From Antedon mediterranea (Eukaryota; Animalia; Echinodermata), in the NCBI RefSeq assembly GCF_964355755.1, contig NC_092670.1, positions 10,526,795 to 10,590,794 of the forward strand: a stretch of 64,000 nt of DNA, in the 5' to 3' direction. Both the position numbers and the translations under genes were made by a program. Positions 12,508-25,793 of this stretch are shown here, piece after piece (position 1 is the stretch's first letter; every line of letters starts with the position of its first letter). Under the pieces are notes generated by a model. The model ran no database searches. It saw only the letters and a program-made list of their open reading frames with translations, and was not told where the DNA came from.

Positions 12508-14217
12508 ATGACAACTTTAAGATCGGGTAAAAATATAGATAAGACTATGTCAGACAAAGATACTAGGGAAGATATGGGTGACCAAGAAGAGGTTGACCAA
12601 GTCAATGAAATATATGATAAAATGGCTAGGGATATTGATTTGCCCGAAATACCCGGCGGTATGCCTAAAGATATGATGCTCGAATATTTTCGAATGAAGT
12701 TCGAGGCCGAAAACAAAAAGTTAGAATACCAATTAAGATTAGAAGCAGATATAGAGAAAAGAAGAATTGAATCACAAGAAAGAGTGAAAATGATGGAATT
12801 AGAAAATAGGTCTAGCTACAATAATGCTAGGAATATAGTAGATGAAATGAAGGTAAAGGTTCCTACTTTGAAGGAATCAGATGATATTGATATATATTTT
12901 AGAACATTTGAACACTTGGCAGAAGCCACAGGTTGGGATAAGAATACGTGGTCCGCTAGGTTAGCACCTGAACTGTCTGGTAAAGCTAGGACAGCATATG
13001 CATCCTTAACCGTAAAAGAATGTGTAGATTATGATACCTTAAAGAAGGCAATCTTAGAAAAGTATGATGTGTCCGCAGAGACCTACAGATTTAAATTTAG
13101 AAATTCAAACAGAGTTAAAGATATGTCCATCAGGGAATGGCTGAATGAGCTCTCCCATTATTTAAAATGTTGGATGAAATGTGCTAATGTAAAAGAAGAT
13201 GATGCTGCAGGCATTATTGAAATGATTATAATGGAACAGGCACTTGATAAAATGCCTGAAGATCTGAGGCTTTATCTTCTTTTAGAGATAAACAAGTAAA
13301 TAAGAGCTATGATATGGCTATGATAGCCGATGATTATATAGCTAATAGAGGTGGCCGTGGCTATTGGAATGCCGTAAATTCTGAAAATAAGCCTACGTAT
13401 TATAAGGGCCAAGAAAATAGTAAACCTAAGAATAGTACGACTCAGAATAACCCTGGAGCTAGGCAGCAAGGATACAATAGGTATCGCGGAAGGGGAGGCA
13501 AATTCCATAACTATGGTAGAAATTTCCAACAGAGAGAACCTTCAAATGAATGGATTAATGGCCTATGCTTCAATTGTAAGGAGAAGGGACATAAAATAGG
13601 GGATTGTCCTAAGATGGTAGCAAAAGGAAAGACTAGTGACACTAAGAAGGGCCCGAATGTGAAAGATGGCTTAAGATGTGAAGGAATAAAATCAGATAGA
13701 CCCCAAGTAGTTATGGATAGTGTAGAAAATAAAATGGAGAAGTGTACAATACCAGGAAAATTAGAAGGACAGGATATAACTATGCTTAGAGACTCGGGAT
13801 GTACCCAGTCAGCTGTTAAGGAAAGTCTAGTGCCTAACAAATGTTACTTGCCAGGAAAATGGGTTACGTTAAGAGGTATAGAAGGCGATATTACCGTCCC
13901 CTTAGCTGAGGTAGCTATAGAAAGTAAGATAGTGACAGGAAAAGTGATTGTAGCCGTAATCGAAGGATTACAGAGGGACATGTTATTGGGTCATGATTTG
14001 GACCAGAATTGTGGGGAAACAATGGCTAAAGAAATGTTCGTCCTAACTAGGGAGCAAGCCAGAATAGAAAATGATGTTAGAATACAAGACGAAATGATAT
14101 TGTTAGGGAAAGATAGTAACTTTAAGCCGATAGAAGAGCCGCCTAAAGAAACTAATGTACAATTGTTGAAAACAGTAGTAAATGACAACAAAGTAAATAA
14201 AACTAAGTGTTTAGATG
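12508..14217 (+). pseudogene. Gag (capsid/SCAN-like, CCHC knuckle) and aspartic protease; frameshift near 13280
   Basis: YFRTFEHLA...W...W...L.GKA; CFNCKEKGHKIGDC; LRDSGC...LLGHDL. Cut at 14217 by the nested insertion. Confidence 0.9.
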
Positions 14218-14498
14218 GGTTCTAGGACACCTACCCCCTAGACAGTTACCCCCCGGATAACTACCCCCCGGACAACTACCCCCCGGACAACTACCCCCTT
14301 AGGACAACTACCCCCTTAGGATAACAACCCCCCGGACAACTACCCCCCGGACAACCACCCCCTTAGGACAACTACCCCCTTAGGATAACTACCCCCCGGT
14401 CAACTACCCCCCGGTCAACTACCCCCCCCCCTCCCAATCCAAAAGTAGACACATATATAGGACCGGTTTCTGTAAAAATGAAATCATCTGTTTTTAAC

Positions 14499-14921
14499 GG
14501 GTGTTTCGAAACTAGAGACCCGAGACCAGAGACCTGACACGAGACCCAATACGAAAAAGGAGACCTATATTTGGGTCTCCCTTTTCGTATATTAGGGTCT
14601 CCCTTTTCGATCGTATAGTGTGGTTTCTCTTTTCGTATAGTGGGGTCTCCCTTTTCTTATAGTGGGTCTCCCTTTTCGTATATTTAGGTCTCCCATTTCG
14701 TATATTTGGGTCTCCCTTTTCGTATATTTGGTCTCCCTTTTCGTATATTTAGGTCTCCTTTTTCGTATATTAGGGTCTCCCTTTTCGTATAGTGGGGTCT
14801 CCCTTTTCGTATAGTGGGGTCTCCCTTTTCGTACGTGGGTCTCCCTTTTCGTATATTTAGGTCTCCCTTTTCGTATTGGGTCTCTGGTCTCTGGTCTCGG
14901 GTCTCTAGTTTCAAAACACCC
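14499..14921. mobile_element. Mutator-type MITE with internal 21-22-bp tandem repeats (ggtctcccttttcgtata...)
   Basis: TIR gggtgtttcgaaactagagacccgagaccagagacc; 9-bp TSD gtttttaac (14490-14498, 14922-14930). Confidence 0.88.
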
Positions 14922-15716
14922 GTTTTTAACCGATTATTCTGTTTAACAGCACGCTAGACCCTAGATGTGCTAGATTTAAAGTACCGTATTTATTGAAAAA
15001 ACGGCCTGGGCTGTTTATTGTTTAGGTGGTTTTTAGTAGGTGGACATTTATTGGAAGAAAGTTGTTTATTCAATGGGAGGGGGTATAATCTAATGGAAAT
15101 AGACGCCGATTATTCCATATGATGTTTCATGGGAGTGACATGGTCACCGCTAATTTGAGGGGAATTTATTTAAAGATCGACGTTTATTCGGTGAGTGAAC
15201 ATTGAGGTCAAATATCAAAAGTGATATTATTCTTCAAGTGTACAAAAATACATATATGACAAATTTGAGACAAAAATTAATTCTTTTAAGACCAGTGGTT
15301 ATCGAAGCATTGTCCTGACGCAAAAATTATTATTATTATTAGCGAACCCAGTCTTTACAGTAAATACATGGAGTACTATATAATACGTTCGACTATCCTA
15401 TGATCATGTGTGACAATCTTCAGTTTATACCACCAGGCTATATTTATGTTCAATCTTTTACTTTTGTTTACAATAATGAATAGTAATTCGTCAAAGTAAC
15501 GAATTAAAATATAGTTATTAATTAATAGTTGCAGAGTCAGGTTGTTGAATGGTCTGGGTGGTTAGGATGTTCTAAAGGGATAGTTTTCTGGGTGGTAATT
15601 GTCCGGGGGGTAATTGTCCGGGGGGTAATTGTCCGGGGGGTAATTGTTCTTAGGGGGTAATTGTCCGGGGGGTAGTTGTCCAGGGGGTAGTTGTCCTAAG
15701 GGGGTTGTTGTCCTAA

Positions 15717-18700
15717 TAGTATCCCTATTTTAAGTCTAAAAAGGGCCAATCTGGGAAAAAAATTAGAAACAAGTGTTTCTCAACTGATTTGAGTTATATA
15801 GGTTCTATATATCCACCAAAAAAAAGTTCCAGCTCATCTGGCCTGGGGAAAGCCGCCATTTTGGATTTTTAAAATGGCCGCCATAAAATACATATTTTTG
15901 CTCATATATCAGCTTCCACATCATGTATGGATATGATTTTGGTGGCAAAGTATATGTTTTGAGGGTCAATGAATCCAAATACAGCATTTTGAAGTTTACT
16001 GAATGTCTGCCATCTTGTTTTTCAAAATGGCCGCCATAAAATACAGATTTGTACTCATCTCAAATTCTACATCGTGTATCAACGTGATTTTAGTGACAAA
16101 GTGTAGTTGTGAGTGTCAAGATATCGAAAAACAGCATTTTCGTAATTCACTCAATGGCCGCCATTTTGTTTTTCAAAATGGCCGCCATTTGTTTTTCAAA
16201 ATGGCCACCATAGAAATACAGATTTTTGCTCTTATCTTAGCTTCCACATAATGTATGGAAGTGATTTTGGTGGCAATGTATATATTTTGAGGGTCAAGGA
16301 TTTCAATTACAGCATTTTTTTAAGTTCATTTAATGGCCACCATTTTGTTTTTCAAAATGGCCGCCATAAAATACAGGTTTTGCTAATTTCGTAGCTCATA
16401 TAAATAATGAAGACATGATTTTGATAACTAAGTCTATGTCTTGATTGTTACAGAATAAAAAATCAGCATTCTAAAATACAGAGTCGCCGAAAGTGATCAG
16501 ATCTTCTTATTCCATTTAGGACCAAATTCATAGTTGAAGGCTACTGCTCCACTGGCTTTAGAGATGTTGCTTTTTTTTGCATACAGTTTGTTAAATACAG
16601 TAATAGTTTTAAAATTCCCAATCAAACTGGCACAACCGGGGGCACAACATTCAATAATAACAACATTTATGTACAATCCCCTTTGTCTAGTCTCCGAGAT
16701 CTATCGCTATCACAATCCTCATTATTATTATGTCAACGTCGTGAGTTAATCACAAGATCGAGTTCCATACTGATTACGACCAAAGAGGTACACAAGAAAA
16801 TACCAGAGAGTGTACTGTAACTATCATTCGCGAGAAGAAACTAATAAACAAGATATTCTAAAGAAGTTACATAGACATGTAAAGATATTTTCCAAATATA
16901 AAGAGAAGCATGGCCAACTTGCAGTTAAAAGTACAACTTATGGATAAAGCAAGTAACATATCTTATGAATACATAGTAATACACTGGGAGATCAACACTA
17001 GTCACCCTAAATGGTCTGCATTTATGTTTAAATCTAGCTGCTTATCTGCCATCAGAATAACCTTCGATCAACCAATGTGACGTAAAGTAATGCAAATAGT
17101 TAGAGAAAGAAAACTGCCATTTGTCGTCAAACTCGAAAGATTCTTAAGAGCTTTCTGGGAAAGTCAAAAAGATATCAAGAACATTTAAGCTGTGGCTGTA
17201 TTATTAGATGGTATAACTTTTTAGGCATGATTGTGCAATTGGGAGCTCCAGGTTCAGATATAGCATCTACAGTATGCTTTCATATTTGCAGCAGCTGGTC
17301 ATGGCCAAAATGCCAAAAGTGGAAGGCTATATCTGGAAATGCTGAAAGACAAATTTCAAGATACATAAGGTTTTCTCTATTGTGAGAGTGTCTGAAAACT
17401 GATTCTTCACCATTATAACACGTTGCATGATATCCATTCTTTTGGAACATCTTGTATTGTATGCATATGGAAATTTGTCTTTTAGGCATATTGGCCATCA
17501 TAGTCAATTGTCCTATACTGTGTCTACATCTGGAGACAAAATGGTACATCCTCATCTCGTGTCATCATTATATGATACATAGCTTCATCCTCTTAGAGCT
17601 TTAGAATATACAGCTCTCTTTAAAGTAGGTTATGCACAACTTCAAAACCTCAACCCACCATTATGTCCAATATAACCAAGAAAGCTCCTGAAAAGATAAA
17701 CTCCTCCATGTTTGATTATTATGACTGATAGATAAGCAGCTAGATATACGTTTTCAGAGTGGCTGTACCATTGTATAAACTGTTGACATGTTAATTGGAT
17801 AAAAAAGAATGATCGGCATAAACTATCGTCGATTTGTCCAGTTATCGCATTATACCTACATGCATAAATCCAGACCAGTTATGAAATATCATTAAAATTA
17901 CAAGAAATATTAACACCCAATTATTTGACTGGGCCTTTGGTCCATGAAATACTTTTCTCAGATGACGTTTTATAGTCGCAGTTTCTTAACGATCCTATTC
18001 TCATAATGTTACTTTCATAATTAATTCCGAGTCCAGAATATATAGAAAATTCATCCAGTATATCTATAATCGGTTTAATTGAGTTTTGGTGTTTGAGAAA
18101 AAACACAGTGTCATCTGCAAATTGGCTAATTCTTATGTCTACATTATGGTGAAGTAGTGTTAGTCCCCAGTGTATTAGGTAACCATCCATTCAGTCACAT
18201 AAGATGTTGCTTTAAATTGCTTTACTTGCTTTATTTATAATGTATCTGATTGGAATATGCTTAACTAAAGTTGGCCATGCTTCTCTTTAGGATTTGGAAA
18301 ATATCTTAAAATGTCGTCTAACAAACTTTTTTAGAATATTTTATTTTTAGGTTCTTCACGCGAATGATTAGTTACAGTACATCGCTGATATCTTCTTGAG
18401 TACAGTATCTCCTGGGGTATCTCCTCCATAATCATTGTGGTTCCCATATATTATCACCAACATATTGACTATTTCTCGTCATCACTTTCCAACTGTATTT
18501 CAAAAGCTGAATTTTGTTTTTATTCTGTAACCTTCAAAACATAGGCTTAGCAAAATCATAATCATAGTAGCTCATAAATTAGCAAAAACCTGTAGCTTAT
18601 GGCCACCATTTTTACAATCAAAATGGTGGCCATTGAGTGAACTTCAAAAAGCTGTATTTAGATTTCTTGACCCTCAAAACATAAACATTGCCACCAAAAT

Positions 18701-19369
18701 CACTTCCATGCACGATGTAGAAGCTGAGGTACGAGGAAAAATCTGTAAATTTTATGGCAGCCATTTTGAAAACAAAATGGCAGGCATTAGGTGAACTTTA
18801 AGATACTATATTTGAATTCCTTGACCTTCAAAACATATACTTTTCTACCAAAATTACGTTCATATGATGTAGAAGCTGAGATATGAGGAAAAATCTGTAA
18901 ATTTTATAGCAGCCATTTTGATTTTCAAAATGGCGGCCATTGGGTGAAATTCAAATTAATGCTGTATTTGGATTCCTTGACCGTCAAAACCTACATTTTG
19001 CCACCAAAATCATGTCTATACATGATATAGAAGCTGAGATAAGCACAAATCTGTATTTTAAGGCGGCCATTTTGAAAAACAAGATGGCGGTCATTGAGTG
19101 AACTTCAAAATGCTGTATTTAGATTCCTTGACCCTCAAAACATACATTTTGCCACCAAAATCATTTCCATGCATGATGTAGAAGAGGAGATATGAGCAAA
19201 AACCTGTATTTTACGGCGGCCATTTTGAAAATCCAAAATGGCGGCTTTCCCCAGGCCAGATGAGCTGGAACTTTTTTTTGGTGGATATATAGACCCCATA
19301 TGACACAAATCAGTTGAGAAACACTTGTTTCTAATTTTTTCCCAGAGAAAGTGTAAAATGGGGATACTA
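15717..19369. mobile_element. Academ-like element with long TIRs containing aaaatggccgccat repeats
   Basis: tagtatccc...gggatacta termini and 3-bp TSD taa (15714-15716, 19370-19372). Arms of about 750 bp plus inner inverted blocks (16790-16970 vs 18240-18400). Internal GYHATCY remnant at about 17415-17435 (-), like the motif in the 695 ORF. Confidence 0.8.
17880..18150 (-). mobile_element. L1/Tx1-like RT fragment
   Basis: ISQFADDTVFFL...FSIYSGLGINYE...WTKGPVK.LGV. Confidence 0.7.
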
Positions 19370-19511
19370 TAAGGGGGTAGTTGTCCGGGGGGGGTATTTG
19401 TCCGGGGGGTAGTTGTCCTAAGGGGGTAGTGGTCCAGGTGGTGGTTGTCCGGGGGGTAGTTGTCCGGGGGGTAAATGTCCAGGGGGTGAATATCCGGATA
19501 CGGTTTAGATG

Positions 19512-20860
19512 ATATGAATGGAACAGAAATGAATAATTTGTTTGACGAAAATGAGGATAAAGCTAAAGATAAAACAGTCAAACATAAAACTTATGAACAA
19601 CAGCACAAGCTGAACCTAAATAAACAAGAACTGATCAAATTGAAAACTAAGGATGACTCACTCAAAGGAGTGTTTGACAGGGTAGTCCCTATAGAAGAAA
19701 TAGGTCAGCATAGGGTATGTTTCTTTATGAGACAAGGTATATTGATGAGAAATTGGAGTAGTATTAAAGATAAGAATAACCAAGTGGAACAGATTGTATT
19801 ACCCACTCAGTGTAGACAGGGTGTATTACACTTAGGTCATAATGTGCCATTTGCAGGTCACATGGGTGTTGAGAAAACTAAAAGTAGAATCCTGAACCAA
19901 TTCTATTGGCCAGGTATATTTAAAGATGTGGTAGTCTATTGTAAAGTCTGTAAGGAATGCCAAAAGGTAGATAAGGGTAAAAGTAAAAGGAAACATACTT
20001 TGATACCATTACCGATTATAAGTACACCATTTAAACGTATAGCGATAGACATTGTTGGACCCTTATCTAGAACAAGCCGTAATAACAAATATATGCTTAC
20101 TATAATTGACTATGCTACGAGATATCCGGATGCTATCCCGTTACCCAATGTTAGAGCTGAAACAGTAGCCAGGGCTCTAATAGAAGTCTTTACTAGAGTA
20201 GGATTACCCGAAGAGATTGTACATGATCAAGGAACTAATTTTATGTCTTCAATTATGCAATCTATATGTAGTATGTTGGGATTAATCAATTAAAGACTAC
20301 AGTGTACCACCCCCAAAGCAATGGGCTTGTTGAAAGATTTCACGGTACATTGAAAAATATGATAAGGACACTTACAGTTAAGCAAAGAAAAAATTGGGAT
20401 AACTACATACCCCCCTTTCTGTTTGCATACAGAGAAGTTCCTAGTAAAGCGACGGGCCATTCACCTTTTAAATTGCTTTATGGTAGAGAGGTGAGGGGAC
20501 CCTTGAGTTTACTCAAAAGTAATTGGGTAGAAGATGAAGAAACATCTACTGAAGTTATCAAATACATGTTAGACATAAGAGAAAAAATGGAGGAATTAAT
20601 GAAAGATGCTAATGTAAACAAACTTGAACAACAAGAAATTATGTCCCACAATTATAACAAGAATGCTATTGATAGAGAATTTGTAGAAGGGGACAAAGTG
20701 TTGATATTCCTTCCAGTAGGAAATAGTAAGTTAGACAGTAAATGGCAAGGCTCCTTCACTGTTACAAAAAAAGGTCAATGATGTAAATTATGAAATATAC
20801 ATAGGAGGTAGAAGAAAAGAAAAACAAATTCTACATGTTAATATGTTAAAGAGATGGTAT
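19512..20860 (+). pseudogene. Gypsy integrase (HHCC, DDE, GPY/F) with frameshifts near 20285 and 20770
   Basis: HNVPFAGH...CKVCKEC; IAIDIVGP; HDQGTNF; SNGLVERFH; KWQGSF. Confidence 0.92.
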
Positions 20861-22406
20861 GATAAAGTAGAAATAAGTAAAGATGGTTATTATGTAGTAA
20901 CAAATGTTCAGTCGATAGAAGAAGTAGACTTAAATGAAACAGTCCATGACAATGAGTTAGATAGTGAAATAGACATAGGATTGTCTTATCATCAATCACA
21001 AACATGGAGAGATGTTAACGTTAGTAGTAATTTAAATGATACACAAACTAAACAATTAACAGAATTGTTAAAGTACCAACAGAATGTATTCTCGGATGTA
21101 CCAGGTAGAACTCACTTAGTGACACATGAAATTAAGACTAATGGTGAAATGCCTATAAGGCATAGGGCATATAGAACGCCCCAAGCATTAAAGGGTAAAT
21201 TGAAAGAAGAATTAGATAGTATGTTGGCTATGGGTATAATAGAACCTACAGTTAGTGCCTATGCTGCACCTATTATTGCCCTGAAGAAAGGCCAGAATCA
21301 AATTAGAATGGTGACAGATTTTAGATCACTAAATAAGACTACACAATTTGACCCTTATGTTATGCCTCGCATAGACGAAATGTTGGATGAGATATCATCC
21401 GCAATATACATAACTACGTTAGATCTAACTAAAGGATTTTACCAGGTGCCGCTGGATCCTAAGACCCAAGACAAATCAGCATTTATTACACAATTTGGAC
21501 AGTATTGTTACAATGTACTTCCATTTGGTATGCAAAATAGCTAGTACTTTCCAAAGATTAATGGATAAGGTATTACAAGGTACTGAGGGATATGCTAAGG
21601 CATATATAGATGACATATGTATTTATAGTCAAACTTGGAAAGATCATATTTTTCATTTGAATGATGTATTAGAAAGATTAAGTAGTGCTGGATTGACAGC
21701 AAAGCCTTTGAAATGTAAAATTGCCTATGCACAGGTAGAATTTCTGGGGCATAAGATTGGTAATGGAGAAATTAGACCCATGATTGATAAGGTTGAGGCT
21801 GTGGAAAAGTTCCCCAGACCTTTGTCTAAGAAACAAGTCCGACCATTTCTCGGATTAACGGGCTATTACAGAAAATTTGTACAGAACTATGCCGATTTTG
21901 CTAAGCCATTGATCGATTTAACTTTAAAGAGTAAAAGTAATACCGTTAAGTGGAATGAACAATGTGAAAATGCCTTTGTAACTTTAAAGAAACGACTTAC
22001 TGATGATAATGTATTAAAAGCCCCAAATTTTGATAAGATGTTTATATTGCAAACCGATGCCTCAAATTATGGCATAGGTGCAGTGCTGAGCCAAATAGAT
22101 GGTGAGGGTAATGATTATCCCATTGTGTACTTAAGTAGAAAGTTATCTGTACATGAGCAGAGATATTCTGTGCCAGAAAAAGAGTGCCTCTCTATTGTTT
22201 GGGCTATCAATAAACTTAAGTATTATCTGTATGGTTGTGAATTTCAAGTTCATACTGACCACCAGGCATTGAGATGGATGGACTCAATGAAGGGTGCCAA
22301 TGTTAGACTTATGAGATGGGCTCTGTTTTTACAAGGATATAAATTTAAAGTTATTTACAAGAAAGGATCATTAAATGGAAATGCAGATGGATTAAGCCGT
22401 GCATAA
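20861..22406 (+). pseudogene. Gypsy reverse transcriptase and RNase H, frameshift near 21540
   Basis: DFRSLN, LDLTKGFYQV, LPFG, YIDD, FLGLTGYYRKF, QTDASNYGIGAVL, EKECL, TDHQAL, NADGLSR. Confidence 0.93.
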
Positions 22407-22495
22407 TAATATTATAGAGGTGTTATTTGTAGATAGTTTAAAGTAAAATGGTTTTAAATGTTAAATTTTGGAAAGATTGACACAATCTTTTTCCC

Positions 22496-22506
22496 AAAAA
22501 GGGGAA
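22496..22506 (+). promoter_or_regulatory. Polypurine tract
   Basis: aaaaaggggaa immediately before the 3' LTR. Confidence 0.8.
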
Positions 22507-22911
22507 TGTCATATTATTTATGTTGTGATTCTCTGTGTTTAGATAAGGATGCTTTAGACCAGGTCCGCCTTATATTATTAGCCAATCAAAATCGTATAAT
22601 TTTTGGAGGGAAAATGTTATCCTCCTCTGAAGCCTAAAATTTGCATGTCCAGTATAAAAGTGGAATGTAATAGATATTAAGGAAGAAGAGAGAATAAGAT
22701 CAAAGTAGATAAACGGAAAGATTATAAAGAAAATATTAAGGCTTGACTGGTAGTGGTAGAAAGATGTATTGATCGAGTTACAAGGAATAAAAGTTCTAGT
22801 TGAGTTAAATATACTTTTTGTATGAGTTATCATTCAGTGACAGCAGTGTACGTCGCGTGGAAATATATACGCCTGAGAAAGCTCGGAACCAACTAAAATA
22901 TATTCACTACA
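22507..22911 (+). repeat. 3' LTR
   Basis: 405 bp, near-identical to 11565-11969. Confidence 0.95.
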
Positions 22912-24974
22912 CCTGGCTAACTGACCAACACAATGATAGTCATACTGAGCTAAGTGGTTTTTATATGGTACGTGGGGATAGAGACTCGCTGGCAACTGGT
23001 AAATCGAAAGGCAGTTGTCTGTGTTTATACGTTAATAAGGGATATTGCCATCCAAATAACGTATCGGTAAAATCCCATGTATGTACTCCAAACTCAGAAA
23101 TCATGGTGACTAACATTCGGCCATACTACATACCACAAGAGTTCTCACATGTCATCGTAATGACCGTTTACGTGCCTGATAAAACATTAGCTAAAAGTGC
23201 CACCCAGGAAATGTTCGAGGCTACATATGATATCGAACCAAAATTACCTGATGCTTTGATCATCATAAATGGAGATTTCAATCACTGTACTACTATCAGC
23301 ACGTCGCATGTAATACTAGACTGAACAATAAACTAGACCTTTGCTATTCTAATCTAAAGAACGCTTACATGTCTACAAAGTTGCCAGGATTGGGAGACCA
23401 TGATCTGGTTATGTTACGACCAAGATACACCCCGCTCCACAAGACGAATAAACCAAAACAAATCACCGTAAAGAGATGGACAAACGACGCGATGCTACAA
23501 CTGCAAGGTGCACTAGAAGCAACTGATTGGGACTGTTTTAAAAACTATTTTAACTCCATACATGATTTGACACAAATAGTAAGCGACTATATCTGTTTCT
23601 GTAGCGAACTAGTTATCCCTACAAAAATAATTAAAGTGCATAGTAATAATAAACTCTGGATAACAAACAGAGTTCGTGCAGTAATACATAAGAAAAAAAA
23701 TGCTTTCAACAACAAGGAAATTGAACGTTTAAAAGAAATTAAGAAGGAACTAAAAAAAGTAACTAGATTTGAACTCCGCCATTTTATATTCGAGTGGCCA
23801 TAAGATGATGTCACTATGTCCGGTTAGCCATATCGATGCATGATTCTATATCTACAACTCATCAACTTCCATAATATGTAATAAAAAATAAACTTCACCA
23901 TGTAGTTTAGAATTTATGACTATTTAAAAAAAAACATAATTTTGACGAATTTTTGAACTTTTTCATCAAAAACGCACGCAAATTATCCATTTACACGTGC
24001 TCGTATGACGTAATTTTAAGTCAAAATTTTTTAAAAGTTTGTAAAATTACTAGAAAAGGCGGGAAAAACATAAATCACGCGAAAAAAGTATGTTTTTAAC
24101 GCTATGTGCGCACGCGCGCGTAAAAATATATACTCAAATAAATAATAAACCCAGTTTTTATGCTTCATAGAATTTAATATTACTGTATTTAATTTTTTTA
24201 TTTAAATGTATAGTTTTTAACATAAATTTGCACTGTTTTTGCTATAAAAGTTGGGTTTTAATAATTAATATAAGTATCTGCCCTTGTTTGTTTCTAATAT
24301 TCTCAGCCTCGTTTGGTCTTGTTTGTTTCCATTTGGTTCCATTTAGTGTACCGGTCACATACACAATACAATTAAAATCATTTGCGTTCATTCCGTAGCG
24401 TCCTTCGTAGCTTCAATATTTGGTTTGTTCCGCCAGTTTTGTCACACATGCTATCAGACCTTGTGTAATGTGTTCAAAAAGTGGGTTTTTTAGATTGTTT
24501 AGTTAGAACTGAACAATTGTAAGTCATTGTCGGTTTTGTACCTGATTTTGAATTCTATTTTCTATAGGATAATAAATAAGGTCTTTCGCTATTTATATTT
24601 TATTACATAACTATGATAAAGAACTTTAAAGGTCAGTTCATTTTTAAAATTAAAAGAATGGATTTGCACGCAGTATTTTATTTACATTCACCCAAGAAAG
24701 CTGCCTCCCCTAAATTTTAATAAAATTACGCTAGAACTGTTGCTTCCGTGGACTTTAGATCCTGACGCCACCGCTGCTTAGGTACAGTACATGTCTCAAA
24801 TTCTGTCCCAGCAGTTTAAATGCGATATTAAAATCAAATTCTACAGTATGTGGGTATTCATTGATTATTTTTACTACAAGGTACTAAGGGTATATAAGGC
24901 CTACAAAAAATGTTAATTCTTTGTATACTTTAAATGTGTTTTTTAGTGTAAAAATTGATTAAAGATATACTAAC

Positions 24975-25236
24975 CTGCCGTTCCTGTGTATCCACTAATT
25001 GTCAAAACATAGTTAGAGTCCTCAGTACCAACATGGAAGTGAGAATATCTTGCAAACTTTGTTACATCCAAGTGGTCCGTCATCTCTACTAAGAGCTCAA
25101 AACTGCCATGGGAAGTTATACGGTTGATCTGTTCATTACCAAGCCAGAACTCTGTGTTCAAATTTCCAAAACCCTCTTTGTATTGCGACCAATTACGGTT
25201 GAAATTAACTGATCCATCTTCTCTTCTCTGTATCAC
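24975..25236 (-). CDS. FReD gene A, middle exon
   Basis: cag|VIQRREDGSVNFNRNWSQYKEGFGNLNTEFWLGNEQI...SGYTGTA g|gttagt. 262 nt, phase 0 to 1, compatible with both neighbouring exons. Confidence 0.93.
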
Positions 25237-25793
25237 CTGATAATGAAAGGATAGTAATCTATACTCTATTTTCTAAAACACTGATTTTAAGTTCATCAAC
25301 TGGAGTAAATAGAAATAAATGAATTAAGAACCTGAATATTAATATTACTATGAGGTTACGTCAATATTTAACAATTTAATTTTGATGTTCCTCGATTTGA
25401 TTTGATTATACTCATTTTACAATAATTATGCAAGTTTTTGAACATTTAGTGTGATTGTTCTTGTATTATGTTTAGATCATCATAGTTTTGTTGGTTTTAC
25501 ATGTGACCTCCAGGCAACGCTTTACTCACTCGATCTGCATGTGCGTAGGTATAGTTTTTTAGATTGATTTTTTTCATTAATTTCTGTTGAACAAAATGGT
25601 AAATCTAAAGTTATGTTTTTAATAAAGCCGAATATTATTAAGAATTGTTCATTTGCAATAGGCTATTTATCCACCAATATGCAAGTTTTAAACATGCCTA
25701 ACAACTGTTCACTTAACTATGTTGTGCAAATGAGTAGAATGTTGACGTCATTCGTTAAAGTTTCCTATTTTATTCTTGCCATCATCTAAAGGT

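Larger units (their letters stand above)
14218..19502. mobile_element. Mutator/foldback (Rehavkus-like) non-autonomous element with TIRs built from ~17-bp tandem units (ggacaactacccccc)
   Basis: 9-bp TSD gtttagatg (14209-14217, 19503-19511). Array 14218-14430 is mirrored by 15590-15716 plus 19373-19502. Confidence 0.85.
11565..22911 (+). mobile_element. Full-length Gmr1-like Ty3/Gypsy LTR retrotransposon (gag-PR-IN-RT-RH order), disrupted
   Basis: Two 405-bp TG...CA LTRs, 5-bp TSD cctgg (11560-11564, 22912-22916), PBS and PPT. Gypsy-type RT/RH and GPY/F-type integrase, with the integrase upstream of RT. Confidence 0.95.
10269..23760 (+). mobile_element. Rex1/Babar-type LINE, 5' part (APE endonuclease), split by two insertions; segments 10269-10291, 11258-11564 and 22917-23760
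   Basis: Removing the inserts restores MVRLIYSNSELLQLR...RRKRGKARG...IIGNVQSL...FTETWL...RGDRD...GKSKG...RPYYIPQEFSHV...VYVP...GDFNH...DHDLV. Truncated before the RT domain. Confidence 0.85.

Noticed and set aside
14218-14430. G/C-run array as telomeric or regulatory G-quadruplex locus
   Set aside because: It is one arm of a TSD-flanked foldback transposon.
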